A stretch of DNA of 37,916 nt from an uncultured virus (IMG/VR IMGVR_UViG_3300021399_000124) (taxonomy: Duplodnaviria > Heunggongvirae > Uroviricota > Caudoviricetes). This document shows positions 24,477-37,400 of this stretch, one piece after another. The stretch's first letter is position 1. Each line of letters starts with the position of its first letter. Position numbers and translations under genes: made by a program. Where the stretch lies: the IMG/VR virus record IMGVR_UViG_3300021399_000124. One strand, given 5' to 3'. The notes under the pieces are model-generated. The model was not told the DNA's origin and ran no database searches. It saw only the letters and a list, made by a program, of their open reading frames with translations.

Positions 24477-25354
24477 AACCACCCGCCGACAATCTTAAAA
24501 GGACTCATATAAGATATGTCTATTTCAATGGTGACGTTATCATCGGATTTAACAGTAAAATTATTGTAGCCATTCACAAGACGAGGCCAATATACATTGC
24601 CGACATCTTTCCATCCGAGGTCGTCATAACTGAACAGATTACCAGCATTATCCGTGATGCGACAAGCACGACAGTCCATCACTACAGTCTTACCGATCTG
24701 TGTCTTCATCTTAAATCCATTCTTTGAGTCTGTATTATTAGAAAATTCAAACTCTATATCATGCATGATAGGAGTATCGCCATCATTTATCGCCTTGAAT
24801 TTTATCCTCGGATATACATAATCCTGTGTATCATCAGTAACAACATAAATGCTTGATGCATCATTGCCAGTTGTATATCGTTTTTCATCATGGAACTGCC
24901 ACGCATACGGCGAGTCGCACTGGAATGTAAAAGTCACACCAACATAACCATCTTCAAATGGTATCCATGATGTCTCGGTAAATGTTCCGCAATAGATAGC
25001 CATTGGGTTTGTTCCCGCCACGGGCATCTCTCCATTCCCACAATCAATATCAAATAATTGCAGATATTGGGAAAGTTTAGGGGAAGTGAGCCAGGTCTCA
25101 ATCTTGCGTTGCTCTTCCTGTGTGATAAGTTCATCGTTAAATTTAATAAGCGTGTATTCAAACTCAAGAACATCATCATACATATTACCGTATTCATTTG
25201 CTACTGTTTTGTAAATACTGGTATCCCCTGTGATGACTTTCTTTTGAGAGCCGGTCACATCATCAACTGCTCCATCCATCGATACCAACATGAGTGGATT
25301 ATCTTCACCAAGAATGTTTAGACAGGATTTACCGAAAAATGTAAAATATCTCAT
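24473..25354 (-). CDS. distal tail protein (Dit), 293 aa
   Basis: Immediately after TMP; AAGGAGGT RBS; size and motifs (FTFFGK, I..WLTSPK, FTFQCDSPYAW, YPRI, PRLVNGYN) match Siphovirus Dit proteins. Confidence 0.85.
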   Translation of the reverse strand: MRYFTFFGKSCLNILGEDNPLMLVSMDGAVDDVTGSQKKVITGDTSIYKTVANEYGNMYDDVLEFEYTLIKFNDELITQEEQRKIETWLTSPKLSQYLQLFDIDCGNGEMPVAGTNPMAIYCGTFTETSWIPFEDGYVGVTFTFQCDSPYAWQFHDEKRYTTGNDASSIYVVTDDTQDYVYPRIKFKAINDGDTPIMHDIEFEFSNNTDSKNGFKMKTQIGKTVVMDCRACRITDNAGNLFSYDDLGWKDVGNVYWPRLVNGYNNFTVKSDDNVTIEIDISYMSPFKIVGGWL

Positions 25355-25376
25355 ACGCTACCTCCTTTCTATATAT

Positions 25377-25415
25377 GAAAACAGGAGAGAGAAGATTATT
25401 GTTTCCTCTCTCTCC
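25377..25415 (-). terminator. terminator-like hairpin after the tape-measure gene
   Basis: GGAGAGAGAGG...CUUCUCUCUCC (11 bp, one G.U) followed by UGUUUUC. Confidence 0.6.
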
Positions 25416-25421
25416 ATAACA

Positions 25422-28400
25422 TTATGCTAAAGCGGGCTTATATCCGAATTTACGCATATCAGATGCAATAGCATTCTTAACATCTTCAACAATCTGCGCA
25501 CGGAATTGTTCGAGATCTTTTCTTGTGAGATTTGTATTGCCCGCAATATTGATATCTCCAACAGTGTAATTAACATTGTTGTTATTATTTGTAGTACCTT
25601 CGATAGTTGTAGGCAGTCTAAAACCAGAAGAATCAAACTTGTCATAGTTCGCCGCCATGTCATACAACTTCGCAGTCATCTCAGCAGGGAGAACTCCATC
25701 TCCTCTGGAAAGAGGAGTGAGAAGTCCATACTTCGTTACAAGAAGTTCCGCACCGTCTTCTTGTGTGAGATACATTCCGCTCTTATTAACACCACGACTT
25801 CCACTCGCAAGTCTCTTGAGATAGAACTTTTGAGCATCCGTACCATTAGCATGATAAGACCAAATGTTCGATTTGTTGCCAACTTTACCACCGCTGAGGT
25901 CGAGCATCTTTTTACTCTTCACGTTCATAAATGAAACAGAACCATCATCATTCTCGATGATTTTCCATTTCTGAGCGTCCGTACCGTTCGGCTTATATTG
26001 TTGAATATTAGCTTTATCAGCCGTGCTTCCACCTTTAACATCAAGCACCATGCCAGACTTGACATTTCTGATGGTATATGTGCCATCTGAATTAGCATCA
26101 AATGTGAATTGCTGTGCCTCCGTACCATTGGACTTATAAAGCTGAGTGTTTGCTCCGCTCTTTGTGCTTCCATTAGCAATATCCAAAACGTATCCGGTAT
26201 TTTTAGAAGATTGGATTGCAAAAGTGCCTTTATATTTTGCATCATCTAAAGGAATCTGATTTTCTGTTTTTGCAGACTTTGCACTCTCATAAGCTTCCTC
26301 CTCGGATTTTCTTTTTGCAATATTATCTGATGCAGCATTAATAGCATCAACGATTCTGTCAGTATTCTCAGAGTTGATACGCTCCTCAAATTCACGCCCG
26401 GTAACAGTATCATCATACATCTTGCCGACAACACTTGCACCAATACCGCTAAGAGTATCATTAAGAGTTTGGACTCCACCTTCAATGTCCTGCCCAGAGG
26501 TTTCAACAGCTGTATTGATAGCCGTAGTCACATTAGCAGTTGTCTTACTGATTTCGTTTACATACTTCTCATAGTCCTCATCAAGTTTCTTCTTGAGGTC
26601 GTCAAGACCTTCTACTTGCATCTCATAAACATGATTCTGAACTGTATCATCAAGGTCACGTTGGGCTTCTGCAAGTTGGGCTTCAAGACGTTGTTTCTTA
26701 GCACGAGACTCTGCCGAAACCACGCCATCCAAAGCCTGAACCTGTTGTTGTAATAATTGAATCTCTTTATTCTTATTATCAAGTTGTTTTCCGTACTCCC
26801 AATATTCACGCTGTTTTGCAATCGCTTCTTTTCTGGCATCTATTACTTTATTGATTACATCCAACTCGGCCTTCGTCTGGTCTTTGATAATCGTCAGAAT
26901 GTTATCCCGACTCTTATCAATTTCACCAAGCGTAGAATTAATATTGGAAGTGACATCCTTCATTAACTCATCAAATGTTTCTTTTCCAAAAAGACCATTT
27001 GCATAATCATTCATGATGCGTTGGCGTTCCTGAGCATATTTCTGAAGTTTCTTAATGCCAGTATCCAACTCATTGTTATTAAGGATAAGAGCCAAAGCAC
27101 CAGTCTCAGTCAGTTTACCGGTGTCATAGTCATACATCATCTCATCTTTAATAAGACCGTTGATTGTATCAATCTTATCTATGAATTGATTCATTTTATC
27201 TATAACACGGTCGAAGAGTTCTTCGTATTCAAGTTCACGAATCTTTTGATTAGCCTCGGTAATATCATTTGCATAATCTTGTATTTGCCCACGGACTTTC
27301 TCAATTTCAATCCTCTGTTCGAGCCATTCTGTTGAACCTTTTGTAATTGCGCCACTTTCTATAGCGGCATTAAGGTCGGCTTCCATCTTTGCAGACTCTG
27401 CCCGTGCGATACTTAAATTTCTCGCCAAGCTTTCAAGCTGACTTTCATATTTTTCAATTGCTTCATATTCACCAAATTTTTCCGCACCTTCAAAGATTGC
27501 TTCCGTTGTGTCGGCAATCTCATCATTGTGGTCGATAAGTCTTTCGTAATACTCTTGGTCAAATTTAATCAAGTCTTTATACTTATCTGATAATTGATTA
27601 AGTGCATCGGACAAATAACCGACTTGCTCAAGATAAGCATCAGACCCAATAAACGCAGCCCCATTTTTAGCAATATTCTCAGAAATGGCGGTTCTTATAT
27701 CTGAAATACGAGAATTGATGTTTGCAAGTTCGTTATTAGTAATGTAATTTCTTTCAGCTTTATAATTTCCACGATTGCGCTGATATTCCTGCGAAGATTC
27801 AAGACGGTCATCAACAAGATCACGGTGAGTTTGAATTGTATCAAGAAGTGCTTCTTGGTACTCATATACGGAAAGCTTCGCTTCATTGATGCTTTGTTTC
27901 ATAGAGTACCATGCTTCACTACCAACTTTGATAGCATTTGCTTTAACCGCATTATTGAGATGCATTTCTAAATCTTTTACAGATTTAATAGCAAGATCAA
28001 TATTCCTTCTGCTTTGATCCCATTCATCTGTATTAGACCAAGAATGATATCCACCATTAATATATTTATCTAAATCTTTTACAGAGTCGTTATAATCAAG
28101 TTGTTCTTGCCAATAAGTTTGACCATTCTCAAATGCTGTCTCATAAAGACCACTAAGAGACTCTTGTAGTTCGTCAATCGCATACTTTGCATCAAGCGCT
28201 TTTTCATACCATTCTTGATATTCGCCAATTTTCTCTTTAAGATTTTCATCATTAATCTTACTGATATCAATAGCACCGTCACGCACAAGCTTTCTATACT
28301 TCTCAGACAAACTTACTTTATTAGCTTCTTGTATATATCTCTTATAAGCATTAGTTCTCGCCTTATATTGAACATTGATTTCTTCTGTCGTCTTCTTGAT

Positions 28401-31400
28401 TTCATTTGAAAGCGCACTATTTCGTGTTGCCCAATTCTGATAAGTACTCGACAAAATTGTATCGAAGTGTTCAATCTCACGCTCAAGGCGGTCGATTTTA
28501 ACCTCAATCCAATCGAAGGTTTCGGCAGTATCTTTAGCATCGGAAGCAGCTTTACTTGCACTACTGCTATTTCCGCTATTGCCACCTCTTGAACCAGAAG
28601 AAGAAGACGAAGATGATGAAGAACCACCACTACCAACTTTCTTTCTTGAACCGGAAACGACTCTTCCCCAACCACCGCCTCCACTGGAAGCACGGGAATT
28701 ATAAGCATACGCATTAACAGTACCATCCGCAAGGGCAAGCTTGCCACGACCGCCATCACTAAGGACTCTACCATTTTCAATTAATTCTCTTGTCTGGTCG
28801 GCGTTGAAAATTATGTCACCTTTTTTAAGATTCATAAAGTGAGCGTTGCCAGGAATGAGAGACCATTTTCCATTACGAACTATTGATTCATAACCCAACT
28901 CATTTACAAGAGCAGTCTCATTATTCTTAATTGCAATATCTGTATTATTAGGAGTCCCATTTGCATAAGCATTTGCCGTACCAGAAGCATTCGCATGAAC
29001 AGTACCAGATGCCACAGGCATAGCATGTACAGTACCCAAAGCTGGAGAATGATGCGTGGAATAATTTGTAACACGATTTGTAGTAATCGTTGTCGTTGCA
29101 GTTTTACCATCAAGATTGTTTAAATCACTACTGATATTTCTAAGTTGATATAATACATAGCTACCACCACTAAGAGATATACTCGGATAAGCACTTAATC
29201 CATCAAGCTGAGACATTTGATTTCTTACATCACTTGCTCCACCACGGAATGCGCCATATTCCATTGACACTTTTGGCTGTGCGGTTCTATCATTAATAAA
29301 ACTAAGAGTTGTATTTACAAATCTGGCACCAGTATTAAATCCTTCATATTCCATTGATACATGAGGCTGAGTAACCGTACTATTTAATGCAGAAAGAAGA
29401 TCTCGCAGTCCTTGGATTTGTGATTGTGCAGTGCCAGTCTCCACGGATACAGAAACCGCACCTTTTGCACCAAGACTGGTTAATGCCCTATTTAATGCAG
29501 TGACTTGTTGCGCACCTTCAGTCGCACCATTAACCTTAACTGTTACAGTTTGCGTATCGGTGCTAACATTTTGAATTCCTATAGGAACATTTACAGTGCC
29601 ACTAGAAAGCTTTGATTTGTAATAATCAAGAACGCCACTTGCCGTATATTTGCCATTTTCATCCGGCTCAACGCCAACATGAATAGTCGGGTCTTCATTA
29701 AGCATATCCGCTATCTGTTGTGCTATTAATTCTAATTGTTCCTCGGCATATTCTGTATCGACAGCAACAGAACCATCATGTTCTCCCTCTACAATACCAA
29801 GCAAATCAACTACCTGATTGATTCTATCAACCATACCTTGCGGTGCATAATAAGTAATTTGTGCTTCAACTGGTTGTCCAAGATTTTCTTTTGTCTGTTT
29901 CGCTTGGATAACACCGTTCTCATCAACTTCAATTCCAAAGTGTGCCAAGAATTGTTTACGACTTTCAGTATCAAGCGTTCCGGCAATTTGGATTATTTTA
30001 TCCATTGCATCATCAAGTTGTTCGGTGCTGACATCGGGATCTATTTTAAGCTGATTTAAGTTATCAATTTCTGTTTGCAAACTTTCAAGAGTTTCAAGAA
30101 CGTCGGTCTTCGTATCCTCTGGAATCTCCATACCAAGTTTAAGAGACAACTTCTCTGCTGGAGTATCACCTATAATATCTGCGACTGTATTTATAATCTC
30201 TTGAGGAGTCGCATCGTCTGCAAGTTTAACCCCAAGCGCCGCATTAATGGTCGGCACATCAAGATTAGAAATTGCTCGAAGATCACTTTGAATGTTCTTA
30301 AACAATTCCGTCTTAGACGCTGCGTCTGCTTCGTTGCGATACTCTTCAATATGATTTTTAACACCATCAACTGCATCTTTAACAACTTCAGTCGTTGCTT
30401 GAATTTGACCTTCATCGGTAAGCTTTACATTGGTAAGAGTCTCATTGGCATAATCAAGCATTTCCTGCGACAATTTACCATTAAGCATTTGGTCTTGAAG
30501 TGTTTGCATGATTTGAAGTTTATCTGTAGCACTCTCAACACCATCGCCCATCTTCTGAGTAAGAGTGATTGCATTTTTAAGTGCCTTCTCATCATTAAGA
30601 GGGCTAGTACCAAGACTACTTAAATCATTTCTAATGCCATCTGAAATTACTGATAAATCGACATCCATCTGCCCAGCATCATGAAGAGCAAGCACCATAT
30701 TTTCGGCGAACTCCGTAGTGACACCCATAGCATCAGCAAACTCTTCCATATTATCTATGTTAAGTTTATAGCCATCAACTTCATCAAAAGTCACGCCGAG
30801 TTCTTCGCCTTTAGCAATAGCATCGTCAAAGAAAGTAAATACTCCGCTGGCATCTTCTGTGAGATATTTTCCAACACGTTCAAGACTGTCTGCGTATCCG
30901 AGGATTGCTTCCTTATCGTCCATGCCATTTTTCCCAATGAGTTTAGCATAAGTGATAAAGTCGTCAGTTCCCCACCAACCTTGTTCATACAGTTTGTCCG
31001 CTCCTTCTTTACCCCCAACAGTAGTAAGGAAGTTAGCATTCATATTTGGAGTCTGAAGAGCGTCCTTATATTCCTTCATCAAACTTACATTTGCACGGAT
31101 TTCACTTTGCTGACGTTGAAGATCGATAATTGTATTTTCAATACTTTGATTCTCTGTATAAGCACTCCATATATTCTTAAATTCTTCTGCGGAATAACTT
31201 GTTCCTTTAATTGCTACATCTAAATCACCATTAGCATCTTCAATTCTCGTTAATACATCTTTTACATTACCACCGGCGTTTACAAAATCTGAAAGAACCT
31301 GGTTATTTTTAAGATACTTATCGGTAAGCTCTTCAACGCTATTTTGAATATCAGCAGTGGCATATTCTGCCGCCTGTTCATTCATTTCACGCATCTCTTC

Positions 31401-34400
31401 ATTATTAACAATCATACCAGAAGCAGTGTTAACAAGAGCATCCGCATAAGCACCGTTGGCAGTTACAAGATTTGTCATAGTGTCATAGCTAAGATAACCA
31501 TTCTGCGAAATCTCAGACATAGCCGTAGATACCGCAGCAAGGTCTGCAAGAAATCCACTAAGACTATTCTTACCAGCTTGTGCATAAATTGTGCCGATAT
31601 CTACATCGCCAATATCTTTAGCGGCATCAAGCAAATAACCGGCTGCCTCAGTCGAAATGTTAAGCTTCTTTGAAAGACGATTAACTGCGTTTTCATTCTT
31701 TTTAAAACTAACCTTACCATCTTTCCCAACACTGATAAATTCATCGCCAAGTTTGCCAACATCATCTGTTGCTTCGACAACATCCTTCATAAAGGAATAA
31801 ACGCCCATACCGTCTTCGGTAAAGTACTTCATCGCTCGTTGTTGAGTATCGAATGTTTCAAATAACGAATATACGCTTACCGCACCTTGAGAAAGGTATT
31901 CTGTAAATTGTTCGGCTTCAATATTAAACATTGAAAGATATGGTGCAATATTAGCCAGTTCGCTTTGGATACCACCATCAACGCCAAGAAAATGCATTAT
32001 ATCAGCAGTAAAAGAAGCGGTTTCTCCTATATCTGCAATCAGTCCAGCTGTATCCATTTTGAGGAATGGCTCAAGTTTTATTTGTTCTGGAGAATCAAAA
32101 TTACCTATAAGACCTTGAATATAATCATATACACTATCCTTGCTAAGTAATGCTACTCCAGAATCATCAACCATTATAGGAGAAAAGGCAACTTTAATTC
32201 CTTCACCGTTTTGAGTATAGAAAGTATCTGCCGTACCAAGAACAGTTGAATGTGATGTCCAACCATCCTCAACATCTTTAATAATATTATCGAGATCCCA
32301 ACTAGTTAAAGAATCCTTAAATCTCTCAACAGTATCTTCAGTCCATTCAATCTTTCTTTTTGTGTCTCCGAGGTTTACATTGCCAAATAATACTCTATCA
32401 AGGCTATAATCATAATCAGCACCACTCTCGATAATTTCGTTTCTTAAAGAATTGTAATTATCAAATTCTTCTGCTAAACTACTGAGAGCGCCTTTAAATC
32501 CGTCTATGTTGGCAATTTGAGGCGTAGTTGTTTTGCTAAATCCACCAATCAATCTTGAGTAATTTTCATCTTTTATACCGCGCGCCATATTGGTTGACTC
32601 AGCAGCGACAGCATCTTTAACCGTATCATACTGTTCGGAATGCGCACGAGCATGTGCAGCGGTGTAATCGTTGAGGTAGGAAGTTTCGTTAATAGCGGCT
32701 TCACGAGCTTTTGCAATAGCGTCTTTTAGTTTTTCATAACTATCAATAAGATGATCGTTATCCTCAAGAAGCACATTATATGCAAGTTGCATATCAGAGA
32801 GAGAAAAAGTATTTGCTATATCGTCAAGATTCGCAGATGTAATAAAATCTGTACGAGACATTAAATTTTGAAATTTATCTTGAATTTCTTGATATTTGTC
32901 AAAACCAAATAATTTATTAAACAAATCTTCGTTAGTAGAATATGCTTCACCAAAAGCGCTACCAAGAACCTCTGTATACCTATTTTTTATATCATCAAGA
33001 TTAATATCAGATGTGTCAATACTTAACAAATCATGAAGTTTTTCTTGCACTTCTGGATTGTTCGATAATGAATTCAGAGGAGCAATGATATTAGAATAAA
33101 GCATACCAGTATAGGCATCTTTATCTTTACCAACTTCTAAAAACATATCTTTAAAACTATCTTGAAGAGTTGGTATTGTTTCAAGAAGATCTTGTTGCAA
33201 ATTATAATTTAAATTTCCAAATACATCAGTCGATGAAATATACGCTCCAGTTTGCCCAACAATTTCAGAAACTTTTTGTTGCGCTTGCAAAAAAGTATTT
33301 TGCATTTGTCGAAGTCTTTCCAGTGCATTAACGGTTTGCTCTGGGGTTAAAGTATCCCATTTTATATTGCCGCGATATGCATCAAGAATTTCGTCCCCGT
33401 TTTCAACCATATCTTCCCATGATACACTATAACCGCCAGCATCGTTTTTTCTGCTTCCATGTTTCAGTAATCTATCGGCTTGATTTTCAGATAAAACTAC
33501 AAAATTATCTTCTTTCTCAAGAGCCTCCAATTCTTCATTTAGTCCATCAAGACCTGTTCTAAAATTTTTTTGAATTTCAGCATTATTCAGCATTAGATAA
33601 TTATTATATAAAGACTTAATTTTATCAGCTGCATCATCTGCATTACTTCCAAGATTAAGAATTGCATTTCCAGAAGCATCCGTACCATATTGCAATTCCG
33701 GCATAATCTCAACAAGTTGATTGCCAATATTTAGAAACTCCTGATAATCAGAATCAGATAATGAAATATTTTCATTATTAGAAGTCCCACGTCTCAACTC
33801 AACATATCTCTTTGCAAGATAATCAATAGATTCACTTGTACTCTTTGCCTGTTCTCCAGCGTCTCCAAGACTCTTTCTGCTAATATCACCAAGAGTTTTA
33901 ATAGTGTTATTAGCGGTTTGTATAGATTTAGCCGTATCGTTAATTGTATTTCGCGCTTCTTGCCCAGCTTCAATAGCACGTTTCTTTGCCGTGCCAAGCC
34001 AATACACAAATTGAATAATACCTTGAATTGCAAGAGATACACCCATAGAAATAGCTGCAGATGCAAATGTTGAAACAAGAGTAGAACCAATATTCTTAAG
34101 ACTATCTGCAATACCTCCAGTAGCGCCTTGGGCCTCGGCTCGCCACTTTTTGAAACCTTTCCAACTATCTTCAATAGTACCATTGCTTTCAACGACGGCT
34201 TTTTTGAAATCTTCCATATTCTTTTTCCAAATATCATCCATATTACCGCCGTTAGCAAGATATTGATCAAAGGCCTCAGTGAGCGTCATTGTCTTCTTTG
34301 TTACACCCTCTGTTGCTTCGCTAATTGCATTCATTTTTTTAGGAATATCGTCTAAAGAATCTCCAGTAAATCTCATTTGGTCTCGCGTGTAACCTTTCAC

Positions 34401-37400
34401 ACTTTTGAGACCTTCTCGTTCTTGTTTGATACTCCTATATGAAACTTCTTCTTTTGGAGGAATATCCCCAGTAAACAACATTTTATCTTTTGAAATACCT
34501 TTATAACTTCTAAGTCCTTCTTCTTGTTGTGTTTTCTCTTGAGCCATTTTTTGTTTCATGCTTTTATAAGAGGTCTCATCTTTTGTCATTCCAATTGTTG
34601 CGGCAGCGTCAGCCTTCTGCTTTGCAGGCTCTATTTTCCCTTGGATATTTGTCGCTTCTTTGTTATAATATTCAACAATAGGATCAACTGAAGTTATAAC
34701 AGAAGTCATTTGCTTTATTTTTTGTTCATCGTTTCCATATCTATCTTTTATCCATTTTTCTGTATTTTCATTAGTTAAATCAAGAACATGTGTTCCTTCT
34801 GCTTTTGCAAAATCAAGATCCCCACTATAAGTATCAAGCATTTTATTTGCTAAATCATATTGCTGTTTTCGATACTGTGCAATATTTTTAGCAAAATCAT
34901 AATCTTCATTATCCATCCAATCTTCACGTTTTAAAGTCGGTGAAGATTCAAATAATTTCTGTTTTAAGTCTGTAAATCTTGCCCTAAAACCTTTATTCTC
35001 TTTAGCAGAAGACGAAGATGTAATACCTGTATCTACATCAGTTTCAACATTAGATATTGCACTATCAACAATTTTTTGTTCGCTGTCAGATATTGTTCTC
35101 TTAACATTAGTCACAACATTATCATTTGACTTCTGAATTTTATCTGTCATTTTGGGCGTGACGTTTTTGCTATCATACCATTCTCGAAAATCTTTAAATT
35201 GCGAAGTCTGGTCTCTTTCTCCTTCTGCTTTTATATCATGATAAAGAGTTGAAAATCCCCATTTTCCATTCTCGTCTTTTTTTAACGAAACAAGAGGATG
35301 CTTTATGCTTTGTAAAAGACCAGAACTAAAAAGTCCAGCGGCAACTGTAACAAAGTTAAAATGTTCGACAATCTCATCAAGAATATGAATTAAAGTAGTT
35401 CCAAAATCAATAAACACTTTAATAGTATCAGAATCCAAGAAATCAAATGCAAGTTCTTGTGCTGCATTCTTAAGTCTTTGAATTCTCGCATCCATCGAAT
35501 CAAGATATTTATCCAATTCTTCCTGTGCGCTACCATCAGAAGTCTGAGAATCCATATAAGCATTTCTTAAAATATCTGGATTTTGTAAAATAGAAGCCAA
35601 AATATTTGCACGGTTTTTGCCAGCCATTGTTTCAAGAAGAAGATTTTGATTAGTCGTTCCATTCTTTTTATCAAGTTCAGCAATCTCATCCCAAATATCT
35701 GCAATGCCAAGAAGGATTTCTTTAGTTGATTTGTACTGTTTATTAGCATCAAGAATATCAAAACCCATCGGATTAGATGTTGTTTTTGTAGCTTCAAGAA
35801 TTGTATCCCGCAACTTGGACTGTGTGGTGAGCATACCTTCAGTTTCTTCTCCAAGTTCCTCAAGCTGTTGTGCCGCAGCTTTAGTGCCAGTAAGCCTTAA
35901 TGCAATTGTTCTAAGACCATTACCAACTTTATCGGGATCTTGCACTACAGCATTACCAGCTGTAATAAGAGCAATTGATTCATCAATGTCATTTCCGGCT
36001 GTAACAAGAGCAGACGCAGAATCCTGAAGCGCTGTAGCAATACCATCTGTTGAAATAGCATAGTGGTTACCAATATTGTTTAATTTATCTATGATTTGAT
36101 CGCCACTTAAATTTTTGTATGCAGCTTCCATAGCAATCAAACTTGTCGTCGCATCATCAATGCTTTCAAATTCAGATACATTTAAAAGAGTATTTGCTGT
36201 AGCGGCATTCTTTTTAGCCTCATTAAGAGTGTCACCAAGCCTCATGAAATCAGCAGTTGATTGTTGAATCTGTAACGCGGTCGTTCCAACATCATCAGCA
36301 ATATCAAAACTTTCACCTTGAAATTTTTTAAGAGTAACAAGAGCCTCGTCTGAAACTTTTCGCATTTCAGTGAGTGCTGTGTCAAATTCGCGAACCACTT
36401 CAACACCCTGGCGGAAGTATCTCCAAATATCTTGGATTGATACATACGCCATAAGATACCTTAATCCCTCAAGAGCCTTCGCTTTTAAGGATGTAAAGAA
36501 TTTATCTAAACCATTAACATATTCACTAGAAGCGGTAGTAGATACCCTTATGGCTTTTGTGCTGGTATCGATAGATGCAGTTACAGTTCTAACAATGTTA
36601 TTTAAATCCCTATATTGAGCAACAACTTTTTGAACGTCGCCGCTCTCCGGCATTTTACTGCCTTTGCTAAAATCATAATCAAAATTACCATAAGTAGACT
36701 TAATAAGATCTTTAAGATATGATTCGCGAGCATCCTGTGTATTTTGACCCTTATAAAAACCAACAACATTCTGATATTTACTTATAAGTTTACCAGTTTT
36801 TTTATCTAATGTTTCTTGAGCAGCTATGCCACTTATATATTCAGAAATGTAAGCATTATAGTCAGCCATTACTTTATCAGCGGCACGACCAGCTTCAGCA
36901 TCTGGCATTTTGTTCAAGTCATCAACAACAGCTTTGATTTCTCCGTCAAGTTCTTGCAATAATGGAATCGCTACTTGAATTCTCTTTTCAAATCCAGCAC
37001 CACCAATATTAATTTGATCATCAAATTGCTTCAATAAAGCAGATGTTCTCCCTTGTAATTGATCTAATGGAACATTTTCTATTGCATTTTCAATTTGCGC
37101 CTTTAATCTAGAAACTGTCGCTTCAGCAGTTATCTCAGAAGTAGTAAGTCCCAGGCCGTTATCTCTTTTTGCTACAGCAATTTGATAATCTTTTGCATAT
37201 TTTAATGCCTCTTTAATATTTGATTGAAGAATATTTTCTTGTTTTTCTGGTAAACCTAAGCCAAGAGCGCGAAATCCTTGTGCCTCTGAAATAACTTTGT
37301 CCGCCTTTTCAAAAGTATTAAGGCTATTATCCATTGTCGCTGTAAGTTGTTTCCATCTGCCGTCAGCCGTTTGAACAACATTAACCATGTTAACGAGTCC

